Source: Candidatus Latescibacterota bacterium (lineage in GTDB: Bacteria; Latescibacterota; UBA2968; UBA8231). From it: 64,000 nucleotides of DNA. Position numbers and translations under genes: made by a program. The stretch spans positions 896,001 through 960,000 of the forward strand of contig CBDETY010000003.1 in NCBI GenBank assembly GCA_965243025.1. Reading direction: 5' to 3'. Below are positions 42,330 to 52,476 of the stretch, piece after piece; position 1 is the first letter of the stretch; each line of letters begins with the position of its first letter. The notes beneath the pieces were generated by a model, which saw only the letters and a program-made list of their open reading frames with translations, had not been told where the DNA came from and did no database searches.

Positions 42330-42540
42330 TCAGTTCAGGTGGGTTTGCTTGGGAGAATCAGGAACCGCCCGCGTCGAGGTGCCGATATCGGAAAAACCGG
42401 CTGCGGGGCGGAAGAAACACCAGTGGAACTTGCGAGGACTCCGCCGAGAATCCGCAAGCTGACCGAACTTCTGCAACAATCGACCTGATGGCGCTGTTTC
42501 TCGACGGGCAGGAGCTTCGGCCAACGATAACTCTCCAGTA
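42330..42540 (+). mobile_element. Condensed IS256-like relic, copy E
   Basis: CCGCAAGCTGACCGAACTTCTGCAACAATCGACCTGATGGCGCTGTTTCTCGACGG matches the reverse complement of 9780..9855; IDLMALFLDG. Confidence 0.55.
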
Positions 42541-42871
42541 ACTTGCAAACGAAGGGATTCGGTTCCCTTCCTGGAAGCTGTCGGGGTTGTTTCTCACCAC
42601 AGCCGTGTGAGGTTCCGTCTGAAGGTTCTCCTCGGTCACCAAGCGTGTAGCCATCACTGCCACTTTCCAAAGGTCCTTCCACCCAGTGAAAACGACCGAA
42701 TTGACACCCCACGCATGGCCTTTGTACAGACCGTTGAGCCCCGGGCTTCCGCCCGGCTCTCCGGAGGACCGGGTGGGGAGCCGGTCTCCACGCCACCGGC
42801 GTCCGGCTCCGAGAGCATCCGTATGGTCAGTCTTTTGCCCCCCGTAGTTAGGTCCTACCCTGCCGCATCGA

Positions 42872-43490
42872 TTACTTGAGGTAGAGTAGCCGGCGGGTCT
42901 GCACGCCGGTCGGAGATTTCAGGCGCGTCAGATAGACTCCGGCGGCCACCGTGGCGCCCTGCTGATCGCGGGCGTCCCAGACGACCCGATAGGCGCCGAC
43001 GGGCTGGACCTGATCCACCAAGGTGCGCACCGACTGTCCCAGGGCATTGCAGATTTCCAGCCGAATCCGGCCGGATGCGGCCAGACGATAGGAGATGCGG
43101 GTGCGTCCGTTGAAGGGGTTGGGGTGATTCGGCTCCAAGCGGCTGACCGTCGGTGCGCCGCTCTCGGCTGCGGCGACCGCAGTAGGAACGGACGAGTCGG
43201 GGACGACATACCGCGTCGTGTCCCACAGCAGAACCGTGCCGTCCCCACTGCAACTGGCCAAAATCTGACATCCGGGGAGAACGACACCGAGGAGACCCAC
43301 TGCGTATGGCCTTGGAGGACGGCCTGTTCCTGCCCGGTTTCCACATCCCACAACCGGACCGTCTCGTCCCGACTGCCACTGGCCAAGGTCTGACCGTCCG
43401 GGGAAAACGACACCGAATTGACCCCATCCGAATGGCCTTCAAGGGTGGCCTTCACTTCGCCGGTTGACACATCCCACAGCAGAATCGTTT
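42872..43490 (-). pseudogene. 5'-truncated, frameshifted WD40 plus FlgD-Ig C-terminal-domain gene
   Basis: TILLWDV...GHSDGVNSVSFSPDG, then PNHPNPFN...TRRLLYLK in another frame. Confidence 0.85.
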
Positions 43491-43508
43491 CGTCGTACTC
43501 AATCCTAT

Positions 43509-43540
43509 GTTTCAATCCACGCCCCCGCGCGGGGGGCGAC
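43509..43540 (-). CRISPR. Single 32-bp type I-C-like CRISPR repeat (no array, no cas genes in window)
   Basis: Reverse complement GTCGCCCCCCGCGCGGGGGCGTGGATTGAAAC has the GTCGC start, internal palindrome and ATTGAAAC end typical of I-C repeats. No second copy seen. Confidence 0.75.
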
Positions 43541-44081
43541 TTCCTGGGCCGCTGGTCCAAAGCCGGCAGGGGACTCGTCCCGGAAGGGCCGGGAAGGAAC
43601 GACCGGAAAGGCCTGTCCCTGATCGAGCTGTTCGCCAAGTTTCCCGACGACACCGCAGCGGAACGCTGGTTCGAAGAAACCCGGTGGAGCAAGCACATCC
43701 ACTGCCCCCACTGCGGCTGTTACGGCATGATAACCGAATGTCCCGACCGAAAATCCATGCCCTACTGGTGCGGAGACTGCCGAAAGCGGTTCAGCGTGCG
43801 CACCGGAACGGTGCTGTCCCCTCCAAGGTCCCCCTGCAGAAATGGGTCATCGCCATCTATCTGCACCTGTCCAGCCTCAAGGGCGTGTCCAGCCTGAAGC
43901 TGCACCGGGACCTCCAGGTAACGCATGCAACGGCCTGGTTCATGGGCCACCGGATACGCGAAGCCTGGTCGGACCAGGAGAAGCTCTCAAGCAGGAGAGG
44001 CGAGATCGACCAAGCCTATTTTGGCGGAAAGGAGGCCAACAAGCACGCCGACAAGAGACTGCGGGAACGGTGGAGGAGGGA
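43541..44081 (+). mobile_element. Truncated, frameshifted IS1595-family transposase fragment
   Basis: Closely matches the reverse complement of about 57475..58013, from codon 7 (FLGRWSKAG) to RLRERWR. Confidence 0.9.
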
Positions 44082-44170
44082 ACAACGACCTAGAGTTCGT
44101 AACCTGTTGTTAATTAGTTATTTGAGAAATCCCCCAGAAAGGGATTGTTTCAACAGTTATCACTCGCGGA
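44082..44170 (+). repeat. 89-bp direct repeat, copy 1
   Basis: 78 of 89 positions identical to 45010..45098 by manual alignment, no indels. Confidence 0.9.
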
Positions 44171-44555
44171 GATTAAATGTGGCAGGGTCCCAAGGGGTAG
44201 GCGTACTGTTGTTGCACTACCTATCGCTTGGTTCCAGAAGGTGTTGAAGGGGGGGCAAGAAACCAATTTTCGCACCGTCCCATTTCCGCTCCGAGTCCCA
44301 CCATCCGAAATAAAGCTGAGCTACCGACTGAAAAACCCCCTTGAGCGTGGAATGGTCCAGCGGCGAGGGTTCTGCTACTCGGCGACACCGAGCTGCGGAA
44401 CGATGCGATGAGGGCAGGGATGAAAGGCCGGCTCAAACACACCCTCTTGACGACCCTTATCACATGAGGAGCCTTACTTTCTTACCTGCCACGAAGGCGG
44501 GTTAGGTTGCACCGCGTTTCGTTTCCCTAAGTTCCAGGGCTTTCTCGCGGTTCCA

Positions 44556-44705
44556 TCAGCGAGGTTTGGATCGGAAGTGCTGGATCAGTGAGGAGAGGAG
44601 ATAGGCCAAGCCAAATAACAGCAACACCAAGATGGTGCCCACGAACTTGGCAACCCAGGAGAGAGCCAATATCAGCACAACCAGGACAATGAATACCCAT
44701 TCCAT
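44556..44705 (-). CDS. Small (49 aa) hydrophobic membrane protein
   Basis: MEWVFIVLVVLILALSWVAKFVGTILVLLLFGLAYLLSSL followed by a basic tail; weak RBS. Confidence 0.5.
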   Translation of the reverse strand: MEWVFIVLVVLILALSWVAKFVGTILVLLLFGLAYLLSSLIQHFRSKPR

Positions 44706-45009
44706 TTTATTCTGCCCCAGAACGCAAAACCGGGCCCCAGGAAGCATTCCATCGGGGCCGGGCCGCCTTCGCTCCGCCGGATCCGGGTCGCTACCGTTCC
44801 CCGCCTTCTCCGCTACTATTCAGCCCTCTCAGCCCTCCGACTCCCCTGCCTCCTTCGGGCTTGGCTCCGGTTCCCCTCGCCGTCGCCTACCGCTGTCCGG
44901 CCGCTTGTTCTTGGCCGTCTCGCCCGTGCGACCGCTACGGGCGAATGGAGACCCGGAGACCAACTCTCCAACAGACTGCGGAGATGCAGGGGCCTCCCAA
45001 GTTGGGCTG

Positions 45010-45098
45010 ACAACGATTTAGGGTTCGTAACTTGCTGTTAATTAGTTACTTGAGAAGTCCCCCCGAAAGGGATTATTTCAGCGGTTATCACTCGCGGA
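45010..45098 (+). repeat. 89-bp direct repeat, copy 2
   Basis: See 44082..44170. Confidence 0.9.
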
Positions 45099-45400
45099 AA
45101 GGTTTTCTGGGGGTGGTTTCGGGCGGGCTCCAGGGGTTTCTCTGCGTCTCTGTTGGGCGTGCTCCCCAGCACGGTGGCTTCCACTGCGGTGCGGTCAGGC
45201 CTAAGTGGCGGGGTGATGTAACGGGCCATGTCCCACGGCAGATTCGTGCCGTCAGAACTGCCACTGGCAAGGGTCTTCCCATCCGGTGAAAACGACACTG
45301 AATTGATCCAATTCTTACAGCCTTGGAGGGTGGCCATTTCTCGGCCTGTTGCCACCTCCCACAGCAGAACCGTGCCGTCCCAACTGCCACTGGCCAGGGT
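45099..45400 (-). pseudogene. WD40 gene fragment truncated at the 89-bp repeat
   Basis: TLASGSWDGTVLLWEV...FSPDGKTLASGS, then a degenerate linker toward the NHPN-like C-terminal-domain start. Confidence 0.75.
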
Positions 45401-45686
45401 CAGGTCGACCATCCGGAGAAAAGGAAATGGCCCTGTCGCTTCGGCCCATCCATCCCTTCCCAAGACGGGCGATTCGCCCCCTCAGGAGGATACCGGGTGG
45501 GGTACTCCCCGTCCAGAACGGGAGGTAGCTCCGAAGCGAGAAGAAACTCCTGGGGTGAGAGAGACCAGCGAGAGCGAAAAGTGCGGAACCCAGAACGGGG
45601 CATTTCATTGAACCGAAGATCCTAAGTTCCGGATGTGTGCATGTTTTGGGCTGTGGCTCGGAAACAGTGTCAGATGGGTGTCCCGC

Positions 45687-48600
45687 CTACCGCATCAGGG
45701 TAAGCTTGCGCGTCTGGACTTTCTGGGAGGTGATCAGGCGGTACAGGTAGACGCCGCTGGCAAGGGGGCGGCCCCGGTCGTCGTGGCCGTCCCAGTGAAC
45801 GCGGTGGACCCCGGCCTTTTTCGGTCCTTGGTGCAGCACCGCCACCCGCTGCCCGGTCAGGGCGAAGACCTCCACACGCGCCGGTCCAGGCAGAAGCTGG
45901 AACCAGGAGATGACGGTCTGGCTGTTGAAGGGGTTGGGAGCGTTCTGCTGCAGCTGCGGTCCGTCGGGCAGTCCGATCCTCTCCCGGGCGAGGGCCAGCA
46001 GCTTTCCGCGGGCTTCCGGGTTGGCAAAGTGGTCGGCCAACAGGAAGAAGTCGGCGAAGTCGACGCTGCCGCTGCCGTCGAGGTCGAAGCGGGGGTCGCT
46101 GCCTCCGAAGGCGTCTGCGAACAGAAAGAAGTCCGAAAAACCGATCTCGCCGTCGCCGTCGAAGTCGGAGTTTGCCTTCGCGGTGGCGGTGAAGGTCACC
46201 GGGTCCAAGCCGGCCACGGTGGCCTCGACGATGTGCGTTCCCGGCTGGCTGCCCAGGGTCAGGATGGTGGAGGCGACGCCGTCCTCTTCGGTGGTGACGG
46301 TAGTCGCCGACACCGTCCCGCCGCCGGCGGTCACGGTGAAGGTAACCTCGACTCCTCCCAGGGGATGGTCGTTGGGGTCCAGAACCTGGACCTGGAACGG
46401 CTCTGACAGGGCGTTTCTGGCCGGGGCTTCCTGCTCATCGCCCAAGAGCTTCCTCAAGGTGCTCGCAACCACCTTTGCGGTGGCGGTGAAGAGGATCGGA
46501 TCCAGTCCGGCGACCGTTACTTCAACCGTGTAGGACCTTGCCTCACTGCCCAGGGTCAGGATGGCTGCGGCGCGGCCCTGCTCATCGGTGGTGACGGTAG
46601 TCGCCGACAGCGTCCCGTCGCCGGCTGTGACGGCGAACGTGACCGTGGCCCCGGCGAGAGGCTCTCCGTTCTGATCCTGCACGGAAACGAGGAAGGGGTC
46701 TGGCAGGGGAGCGCCGGGAGATCCTTGCTGCCCATCGCCGGATAGTCGGGCCAAGGTGGTCGCGGTCCGGGGATCGGGAACGACACGCTGCATGTCCCAC
46801 AGCAGGACTGTGCCGTCCCGTGACCCGGAAACGAGGATCGTTCCGTCGGGTGAGAATGCAATAGATCTGACAACATCCGCATGCCCGTTCAGAGTGGTAA
46901 GAATCCTTCCTGACGCAACGTCCCATAGTTTGACTGCATTCTTTTCCCTGGAAGCGCGGGTTCTGCCATCGGGTGAAAGTGACGACGGCATGATCCAGCT
47001 CGGAGGTTCTTCCAAAGTGGAGATATGGGTTCCCGTCGCAACATCCCAAAGTTTGAATATGCCGTCCGATGTCTCGGAGACGAGGTTGGTGCCATCCGCG
47101 GAAAACGTTACCGAGTAGACCAGGTCGGCCGGGTCCCCGAAAGTGGCGGTATTCTGTCCTGTCGGCACATCCCACAGCTTGACCATGCCATCCTCTGCCC
47201 CGGAGGCAAGAGTCCTGCCGTCCGGTGAAAATGCCAGAACGTTGATTTGGTTCGTATGCCCGGATAGCGTTGCCCGATCCCCTGTTTCAACATTCAGCAG
47301 GAAGATATTTGCCCCCGCCGCAGAGGCGAATATCGCTCCGTCGGGTGAAAACCTCACGAAATTGACTTCATCCTGATACTTCTCGGAGTAAACGCGGTGG
47401 TGTGTGTCAACATTCCATATAGTGGTGCCATCGGCACGCCCCACCCCAATTGCCTTTCCATCGGGCGAAAATGCCACAGATGTAACCCAGGACGTGTGCC
47501 CCGTAAGGATGGCTGAATTGTGTGTGGCGACATCCCACAGGTTGACTCTGGAGTTTGTTCCGGCGGCAACGGTTGATCCGTCGGGCGAAAATGCCACCGA
47601 ATTGACAGCACCCGCGTGCCCCTCAAGGGTGACACCGAGGATTCCCGTCGCCACGTCTCGCAGCTTCAGCGTGCCGTCATCAAATCCGGAAACGAGTGTT
47701 GTCCCATCAGGAGCATATACCACCGAATTGACAGCGATGGGCCAACCCAACCAATCATCTATATGCCTGAAGTTATTGATGCTTTGTCCCGTCGCGACAT
47801 CCCACAGCGTCAGCGTGCCATCCTGAGATCCGGAAGCGAGTGTGGTGCCATCGGGGGAAAACGCTATGGTAGCGATCCAACTATGCTGCTCCAGGGTGGC
47901 GATATCCTGATTCGTAGCGAGGTCCCACAGCTTGACCGTTTGGTCGCCTGATCCGGAGGCAAGCAGGGAGCCATCGGGTGAAAACGCCAGCGAACTAACC
48001 TCAGAAGCTGTACTGGGGTGGCCATCAAGAGCAGCTATGTTTCGACCGGTAGCCACCTCCCAGAGTCTGATCACCCCTTCTCCTGTGCGAAAGGTGGATG
48101 AGCCGGAGGCGATCGTTGACCCATCGGGAGAAAACGCCACCGAAAGAACCCAGCCTCCATGCTGGCCAAGAGTGGCCATTTCTTGACCCGTGGCGAGGTC
48201 CCACAGCTTGACCGTTTGATCACTTGATCCGGAGGCAAGCAGGGAGCCGTCGGGAGAAAAGGCCACCGTAGTGACCACGCCTTCATGTCCGGAGAGCAAC
48301 GCGAGTTCACGAGATGTCGATACCTCGTAAAGCCATACTCCAATGCCGCTTGCCACGGCAAGGAGGCGACTATCGGGTGAAAAGGCAATCGCCCTGTCGC
48401 CTTCTCCAATGACTCCTTTCCCGAAGCGGGTAATGGCGCCGTCGGGCAATGACACCGTCCGATGATCAAAATCCCCGGTCGATGGAGTTGGGGTTCCGAC
48501 TCCCACGGCATGGAAAGTCACAGGCTCGATCCCGGCAAGGGATACCTCAACGGTGTTGGTTCCCGGATCGGACCCCAAGGTGAGCGTCTGCTTCGCCAGC

Positions 48601-50771
48601 CCGTCGTCGTCTGTGGTTGCCTTTGCAACAGTGTATTTGCCTTTGAGTTTTCCATTACCGTCAGTGACCGAAAAATCAACAACCGCTCCTTCCAGGACAT
48701 TGCCGAATTGATCCCGCACTTCAACGACAAGGGGGTTGTCCAGCCCAGCGTTGGGCGGTCCCTTCTGATTGTCTCCTTCGATTTTCACCAACACCCTGGG
48801 ACGGGGCCTGAAAAACTCGGACACATCCCACAGCTTGACCGTGTTATCCCACGCCCCGGAGGCGAGCGTTGATCCATCCGGGGAAAAGGCCACGGAATGG
48901 ACCCCGCCCGTATGCCCGGCGAGGGTGGTGACAGTACTTCCCGTGGCCACGTCCCACAGCTCGATCGTGCCATCTCCGCGATCTCCAGACCCGGCGGCAA
49001 GAACTGACCCATCAGGTGAAAAAACCACCGAATTGAACCCCCATATACCGCCGCTGAAGGTCGCGATTCTTTGTCCGGTGGCCACGTCCCACAGTCTGAC
49101 CGTGTCATCAGAATAGGCCGCGGAGGCGAGGGTGGAACCGTCAGGCGAGAATGCTACCGACCGGATCCAGTTCCCATGCCCCTCGAGGGTGGCGATCTCA
49201 TCTCCCGTAACAACCTCCCACAGCTTGATCGTGCGGTCCTGTGACCCGGAAGCCAGAATGGTCCCGTCGGGGGAAAACGCCACCGACAGAACTACATCCG
49301 CATGTCTCTGGAGGGTGGCGATCTCATCTCCCGTAATCACCTCCCACAACTTGATCGTGCGGTCCCGTGACCCGGAAGCCAGAATGGTCCCGTCGGGGGA
49401 AAACGCCACTGAAGGGACTTCATCCGTATGTTCCTCGAGGGTGGCGATTACTCGACCCGTTTCAGGGTCCCACAACCTGACGGCGAAATCCTGTGACCCG
49501 GAAGCCAGGATGGTTCCGTCGGGGGAAAACGCCACCGACAAGGCGTCAATAAACCCGGAGAACGTAGTGGTATTCGTTCCGGTCTCTACGTCCCACAGTC
49601 TGATGTTGTCATAGGACCCGGAGGCGAGCGTTGTTCCGTCGGGTGAGAATGCCACGGACAGGACCCAATGCCCATGCCCTTCAAGGGTGGCAACATGGCC
49701 TTGTGCCGAAGCAGCCCGCAGCGTGAATTCCGCAGGGCTGACATTGCCGTCCGAATCAATTGCCCGAACGTGAACTGGATGCACGACAGGATCGGACAGA
49801 CTCGTGCTGCCGTCAGATGGAAAAATGCCGTTGTATTCGAATTCAACGGCAGCGTCTGTTTCGCCATTCAATCCACGACACGAAATAGCTTCGAGAAAAC
49901 CGGCCCCTGGATGGGGTCTTCTTGTCTCGACGAACAGAGCCACTTGATGGAGACCTTCCGGATCGCTGACCTGGAGTTGGACGGGAACGCTTGTTGAGCC
50001 CAACGGATATTCAAGGGGTGAAACAAGATTGATTGTTGAATTATTGGTCTCTTCCTCTCCGGTATCGGGATTGAAGTAGGGATGTCCCGCCAGAAATTCG
50101 GCGCTGCACCTGGATAACCGATTCCGTCCTTGACCATACGACATGATGTACCCATCGTCGCGGAAATCATGATCGAGACCGAAGGCATGTCCAAGTTCGT
50201 GCGCCGCAGTTTCAAAGCCGAACCCACCGGTAACCAGTACCTCCCCCCGCATCTTGCCCGCATTTTCGGCTACTCCGTCTGCACGTCCGTCAATCAAGTT
50301 CGTGCTGTTGTCAATGACAATGAAGTAGATGTTGCTTGCAGGGAGATCAAACACCTGGTGAATCTCTCCGATCACGGTTCCAAAGGTGTCGTCGAGGTAG
50401 TGGCTGTCGGAATGTTGCCCATCCACCCGGTGAACCCGTGGTTCGCCCTGGTCGTCGGTTTCGAAACGAAAGATTTTCTCGCCATGGCCGTGTGCCTGCA
50501 ACTGCTCGGCATAGAAGGTCTGAAGCTGGCGGATCGTCGTTTTCATGGAGTCGACCACGCCGGCCCGATACGGGCGGTCGTTGGGAAGGAAGTAGATCAT
50601 CCGCACGGTGCGGGGTTCGCCGACATCGAGATCGGCCAGGGGCTTGGCCGCCGGGCGGGGGCGTTCGCGCCGCCACTGCTCGTAATCCAAAGGAGGGGTT
50701 GAAGCCGGGAGGAACACCGGTGGTGACAGAAGGAGACCCACCAGAGCGGAACGTAAAAAGGGAACTTTCAT
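45687..50771 (-). CDS. Secreted metzincin-like peptidase with several WD40 propellers, Big-1-like Ig domains, dockerin-like module and FlgD-Ig/T9SS-like C-terminal domain
   Basis: HELGHAFGLDHD...YIMSYG; same architecture as 29092..34416. Start chosen at MKVPFLRS (signal peptide). Confidence 0.92.
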   Translation of the reverse strand: MKVPFLRSALVGLLLSPPVFLPASTPPLDYEQWRRERPRPAAKPLADLDVGEPRTVRMIYFLPNDRPYRAGVVDSMKTTIRQLQTFYAEQLQAHGHGEKIFRFETDDQGEPRVHRVDGQHSDSHYLDDTFGTVIGEIHQVFDLPASNIYFIVIDNSTNLIDGRADGVAENAGKMRGEVLVTGGFGFETAAHELGHAFGLDHDFRDDGYIMSYGQGRNRLSRCSAEFLAGHPYFNPDTGEEETNNSTINLVSPLEYPLGSTSVPVQLQVSDPEGLHQVALFVETRRPHPGAGFLEAISCRGLNGETDAAVEFEYNGIFPSDGSTSLSDPVVHPVHVRAIDSDGNVSPAEFTLRAASAQGHVATLEGHGHWVLSVAFSPDGTTLASGSYDNIRLWDVETGTNTTTFSGFIDALSVAFSPDGTILASGSQDFAVRLWDPETGRVIATLEEHTDEVPSVAFSPDGTILASGSRDRTIKLWEVITGDEIATLQRHADVVLSVAFSPDGTILASGSQDRTIKLWEVVTGDEIATLEGHGNWIRSVAFSPDGSTLASAAYSDDTVRLWDVATGQRIATFSGGIWGFNSVVFSPDGSVLAAGSGDRGDGTIELWDVATGSTVTTLAGHTGGVHSVAFSPDGSTLASGAWDNTVKLWDVSEFFRPRPRVLVKIEGDNQKGPPNAGLDNPLVVEVRDQFGNVLEGAVVDFSVTDGNGKLKGKYTVAKATTDDDGLAKQTLTLGSDPGTNTVEVSLAGIEPVTFHAVGVGTPTPSTGDFDHRTVSLPDGAITRFGKGVIGEGDRAIAFSPDSRLLAVASGIGVWLYEVSTSRELALLSGHEGVVTTVAFSPDGSLLASGSSDQTVKLWDLATGQEMATLGQHGGWVLSVAFSPDGSTIASGSSTFRTGEGVIRLWEVATGRNIAALDGHPSTASEVSSLAFSPDGSLLASGSGDQTVKLWDLATNQDIATLEQHSWIATIAFSPDGTTLASGSQDGTLTLWDVATGQSINNFRHIDDWLGWPIAVNSVVYAPDGTTLVSGFDDGTLKLRDVATGILGVTLEGHAGAVNSVAFSPDGSTVAAGTNSRVNLWDVATHNSAILTGHTSWVTSVAFSPDGKAIGVGRADGTTIWNVDTHHRVYSEKYQDEVNFVRFSPDGAIFASAAGANIFLLNVETGDRATLSGHTNQINVLAFSPDGRTLASGAEDGMVKLWDVPTGQNTATFGDPADLVYSVTFSADGTNLVSETSDGIFKLWDVATGTHISTLEEPPSWIMPSSLSPDGRTRASREKNAVKLWDVASGRILTTLNGHADVVRSIAFSPDGTILVSGSRDGTVLLWDMQRVVPDPRTATTLARLSGDGQQGSPGAPLPDPFLVSVQDQNGEPLAGATVTFAVTAGDGTLSATTVTTDEQGRAAAILTLGSEARSYTVEVTVAGLDPILFTATAKVVASTLRKLLGDEQEAPARNALSEPFQVQVLDPNDHPLGGVEVTFTVTAGGGTVSATTVTTEEDGVASTILTLGSQPGTHIVEATVAGLDPVTFTATAKANSDFDGDGEIGFSDFFLFADAFGGSDPRFDLDGSGSVDFADFFLLADHFANPEARGKLLALARERIGLPDGPQLQQNAPNPFNSQTVISWFQLLPGPARVEVFALTGQRVAVLHQGPKKAGVHRVHWDGHDDRGRPLASGVYLYRLITSQKVQTRKLTLMR

Positions 50772-51297
50772 GGAAAACAAGCTCCGGAAGTTAGGGTTGC
50801 ACGAGGCTGCCCAGAATCGGGTGGCGGTGTGGGCACCCCGGCGGCGGGCAGGCCCGACAAGACGAGCACTACGAAAAACAGTCCTCTCATTTGGGTACCC
50901 GTTCCCCATACGGGTCTTCAGGTCAGCGTTCCTCCTGAAGTTCCATCACCTGGAGCCTCTAAATTCAGCCATAGGAGCCAGCCCGATGGATAGGTCCACG
51001 CCGAAATTGTTATATACGCCGCGTTTCCCCTCGAAAACTAAGAAACGAAGACGATATGGTTGGGATAGTGATATCGGAGACATTGTATCCTTCAAGCTTG
51101 TTGGTTCCGGCATCCTGAAATCTCAGAATTACAAACCCCTGGGAAGGGGATACTGTAACCAGCGAAACGAATAAAAGCAGAATGGCAAGTTTCATCTTCT
51201 TTCCTTCCTTATGAGCACGTTTCCATGAAGGAGCTGGGGTTGATGTAGAGGAACCAGTGGGCATCGGCGCTCCTCCGTCGGTACCCACCGAGTAAGC

Positions 51298-52431
51298 TGA
51301 ACTGTGTCGTAATAGTGTTAACACTTTTGGAAATTGGGTTCCCATAACAAGTGAAGGCCACCAGGGGTACCTTTCTGAGAATGTTCCGACCAAGAAACAT
51401 CTCTCAGGAAAGGTGGCCTGATGACCCTCGAGGACAAAGTACATGCAACGCGTCTCCTGGCGCTACGGCGAGCCGAAGAGCTCGGCAATGTCTCGGCAGC
51501 CTGCCGGGAATTGGGCATCTCCCGCTGCCTGTTCTACCGCTGGCGAAATCGGTACCGGCAGTACGGTCGAGAGGGGCTTCATCCCAAGCGCTACGCGGGG
51601 CGCCGAGGTCGTCCCCACGGCCTGTCGGTCCAAGTCGTACCCCACGTGTGGGCCCGGGTTCTACGCCCTGCAGTTGGCTCAGCAGCAGCGTCCCCTGTCT
51701 CCGAGCACCATCTACCGGGCCCTGCGTCGCGTCGGACTGGGTACGCGGCATGAGCGGCTCCTTCTCCTCGAGCGTCACAGCGCCGAGCGCAGCGGATTGC
51801 TCACCGAGCGCACGCGCCGCCAGCGGCAGCGAGCTCGTCGGCAAAGGCGACACGTGCAGGCCAGCGAGCCGGGAGAGCTCGTCTGTCTCGACACGTTTCT
51901 ACATCGGCCGCCTCAAGGGCGTCGGGAAGGTCTGGCAGATCACGGCGTGCGCGATGCGGCCTGTTCCTACGCCGTGGCCCGTATCATCCCCGCCTGCACC
52001 AGCGACCATGCCGTGCGCTTCCTCGTCGACTCCCTGCTGCCGTTCTACGAGGCCGCTGGATGGCCGCTCCAGCGGGTCCTCACGGACCGAGGCAGTGAAT
52101 TTCAAGGGCAATTTCGATGCGGCGTGTCACGATCTCGGGATCAGACATACGCGCACCAAGCCGCACCACCCCTGGACCAACGGCTTCGTCGAGCGCCTGC
52201 AGAGCACGATCCTTCACCAGCATTGGCGCGTCGCCTTCCGCCGCAGGTATTTCACCACCGCGCAGCAACTGGACGCGTCCCTGCAGCGGTTCCTTGACTT
52301 CTACAACAACGAGCGACCTCATCAGGGCTACCGAACTCGCGGCCACCCTCCATCGACCCTCTTCTGGGGAGTCGCTGAAAAACCCCCGACAACAGAGATC
52401 TGATGTGTCAACACCATTCCGAAACTGGACA
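51298..52431 (+). mobile_element. IS481-family insertion sequence with frameshifted transposase (51421..52403)
   Basis: GNVSAACRELGISR..FYRW; VLTDRGSEF; PWTNGFVER; YNNERPHQG across three frames. Imperfect 27-bp terminal inverted repeats (20 of 27 matching). Confidence 0.85.
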
Positions 52432-52476
52432 GCCTAAGCGTCATCCTGGTGCTTCGAATACCGGTTTCGAGGATAA

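Noticed and set aside
42560-42720. Faint WD40-like remnant on the minus strand
   Set aside because: Too degraded to delimit.
44082-44170. 89-bp repeat as an integron attC or Xer dif site
   Set aside because: R-box consensus and dif arm spacing fit poorly, and there is no integrase in the window. Kept only as an unclassified repeat.
51010-51196. Short ORF MKLAILLLFVSLVTVSPSQG with RBS on the minus strand
   Set aside because: Could be a truncated secreted-protein start, but it is too short and unsupported to annotate.
5196-52476. Weak inverted similarity (GAAAC core) at the two ends of the 47-kb block
   Set aside because: Only about 12 of 20 bases match and there is no target duplication, which is too weak to call transposon ends.
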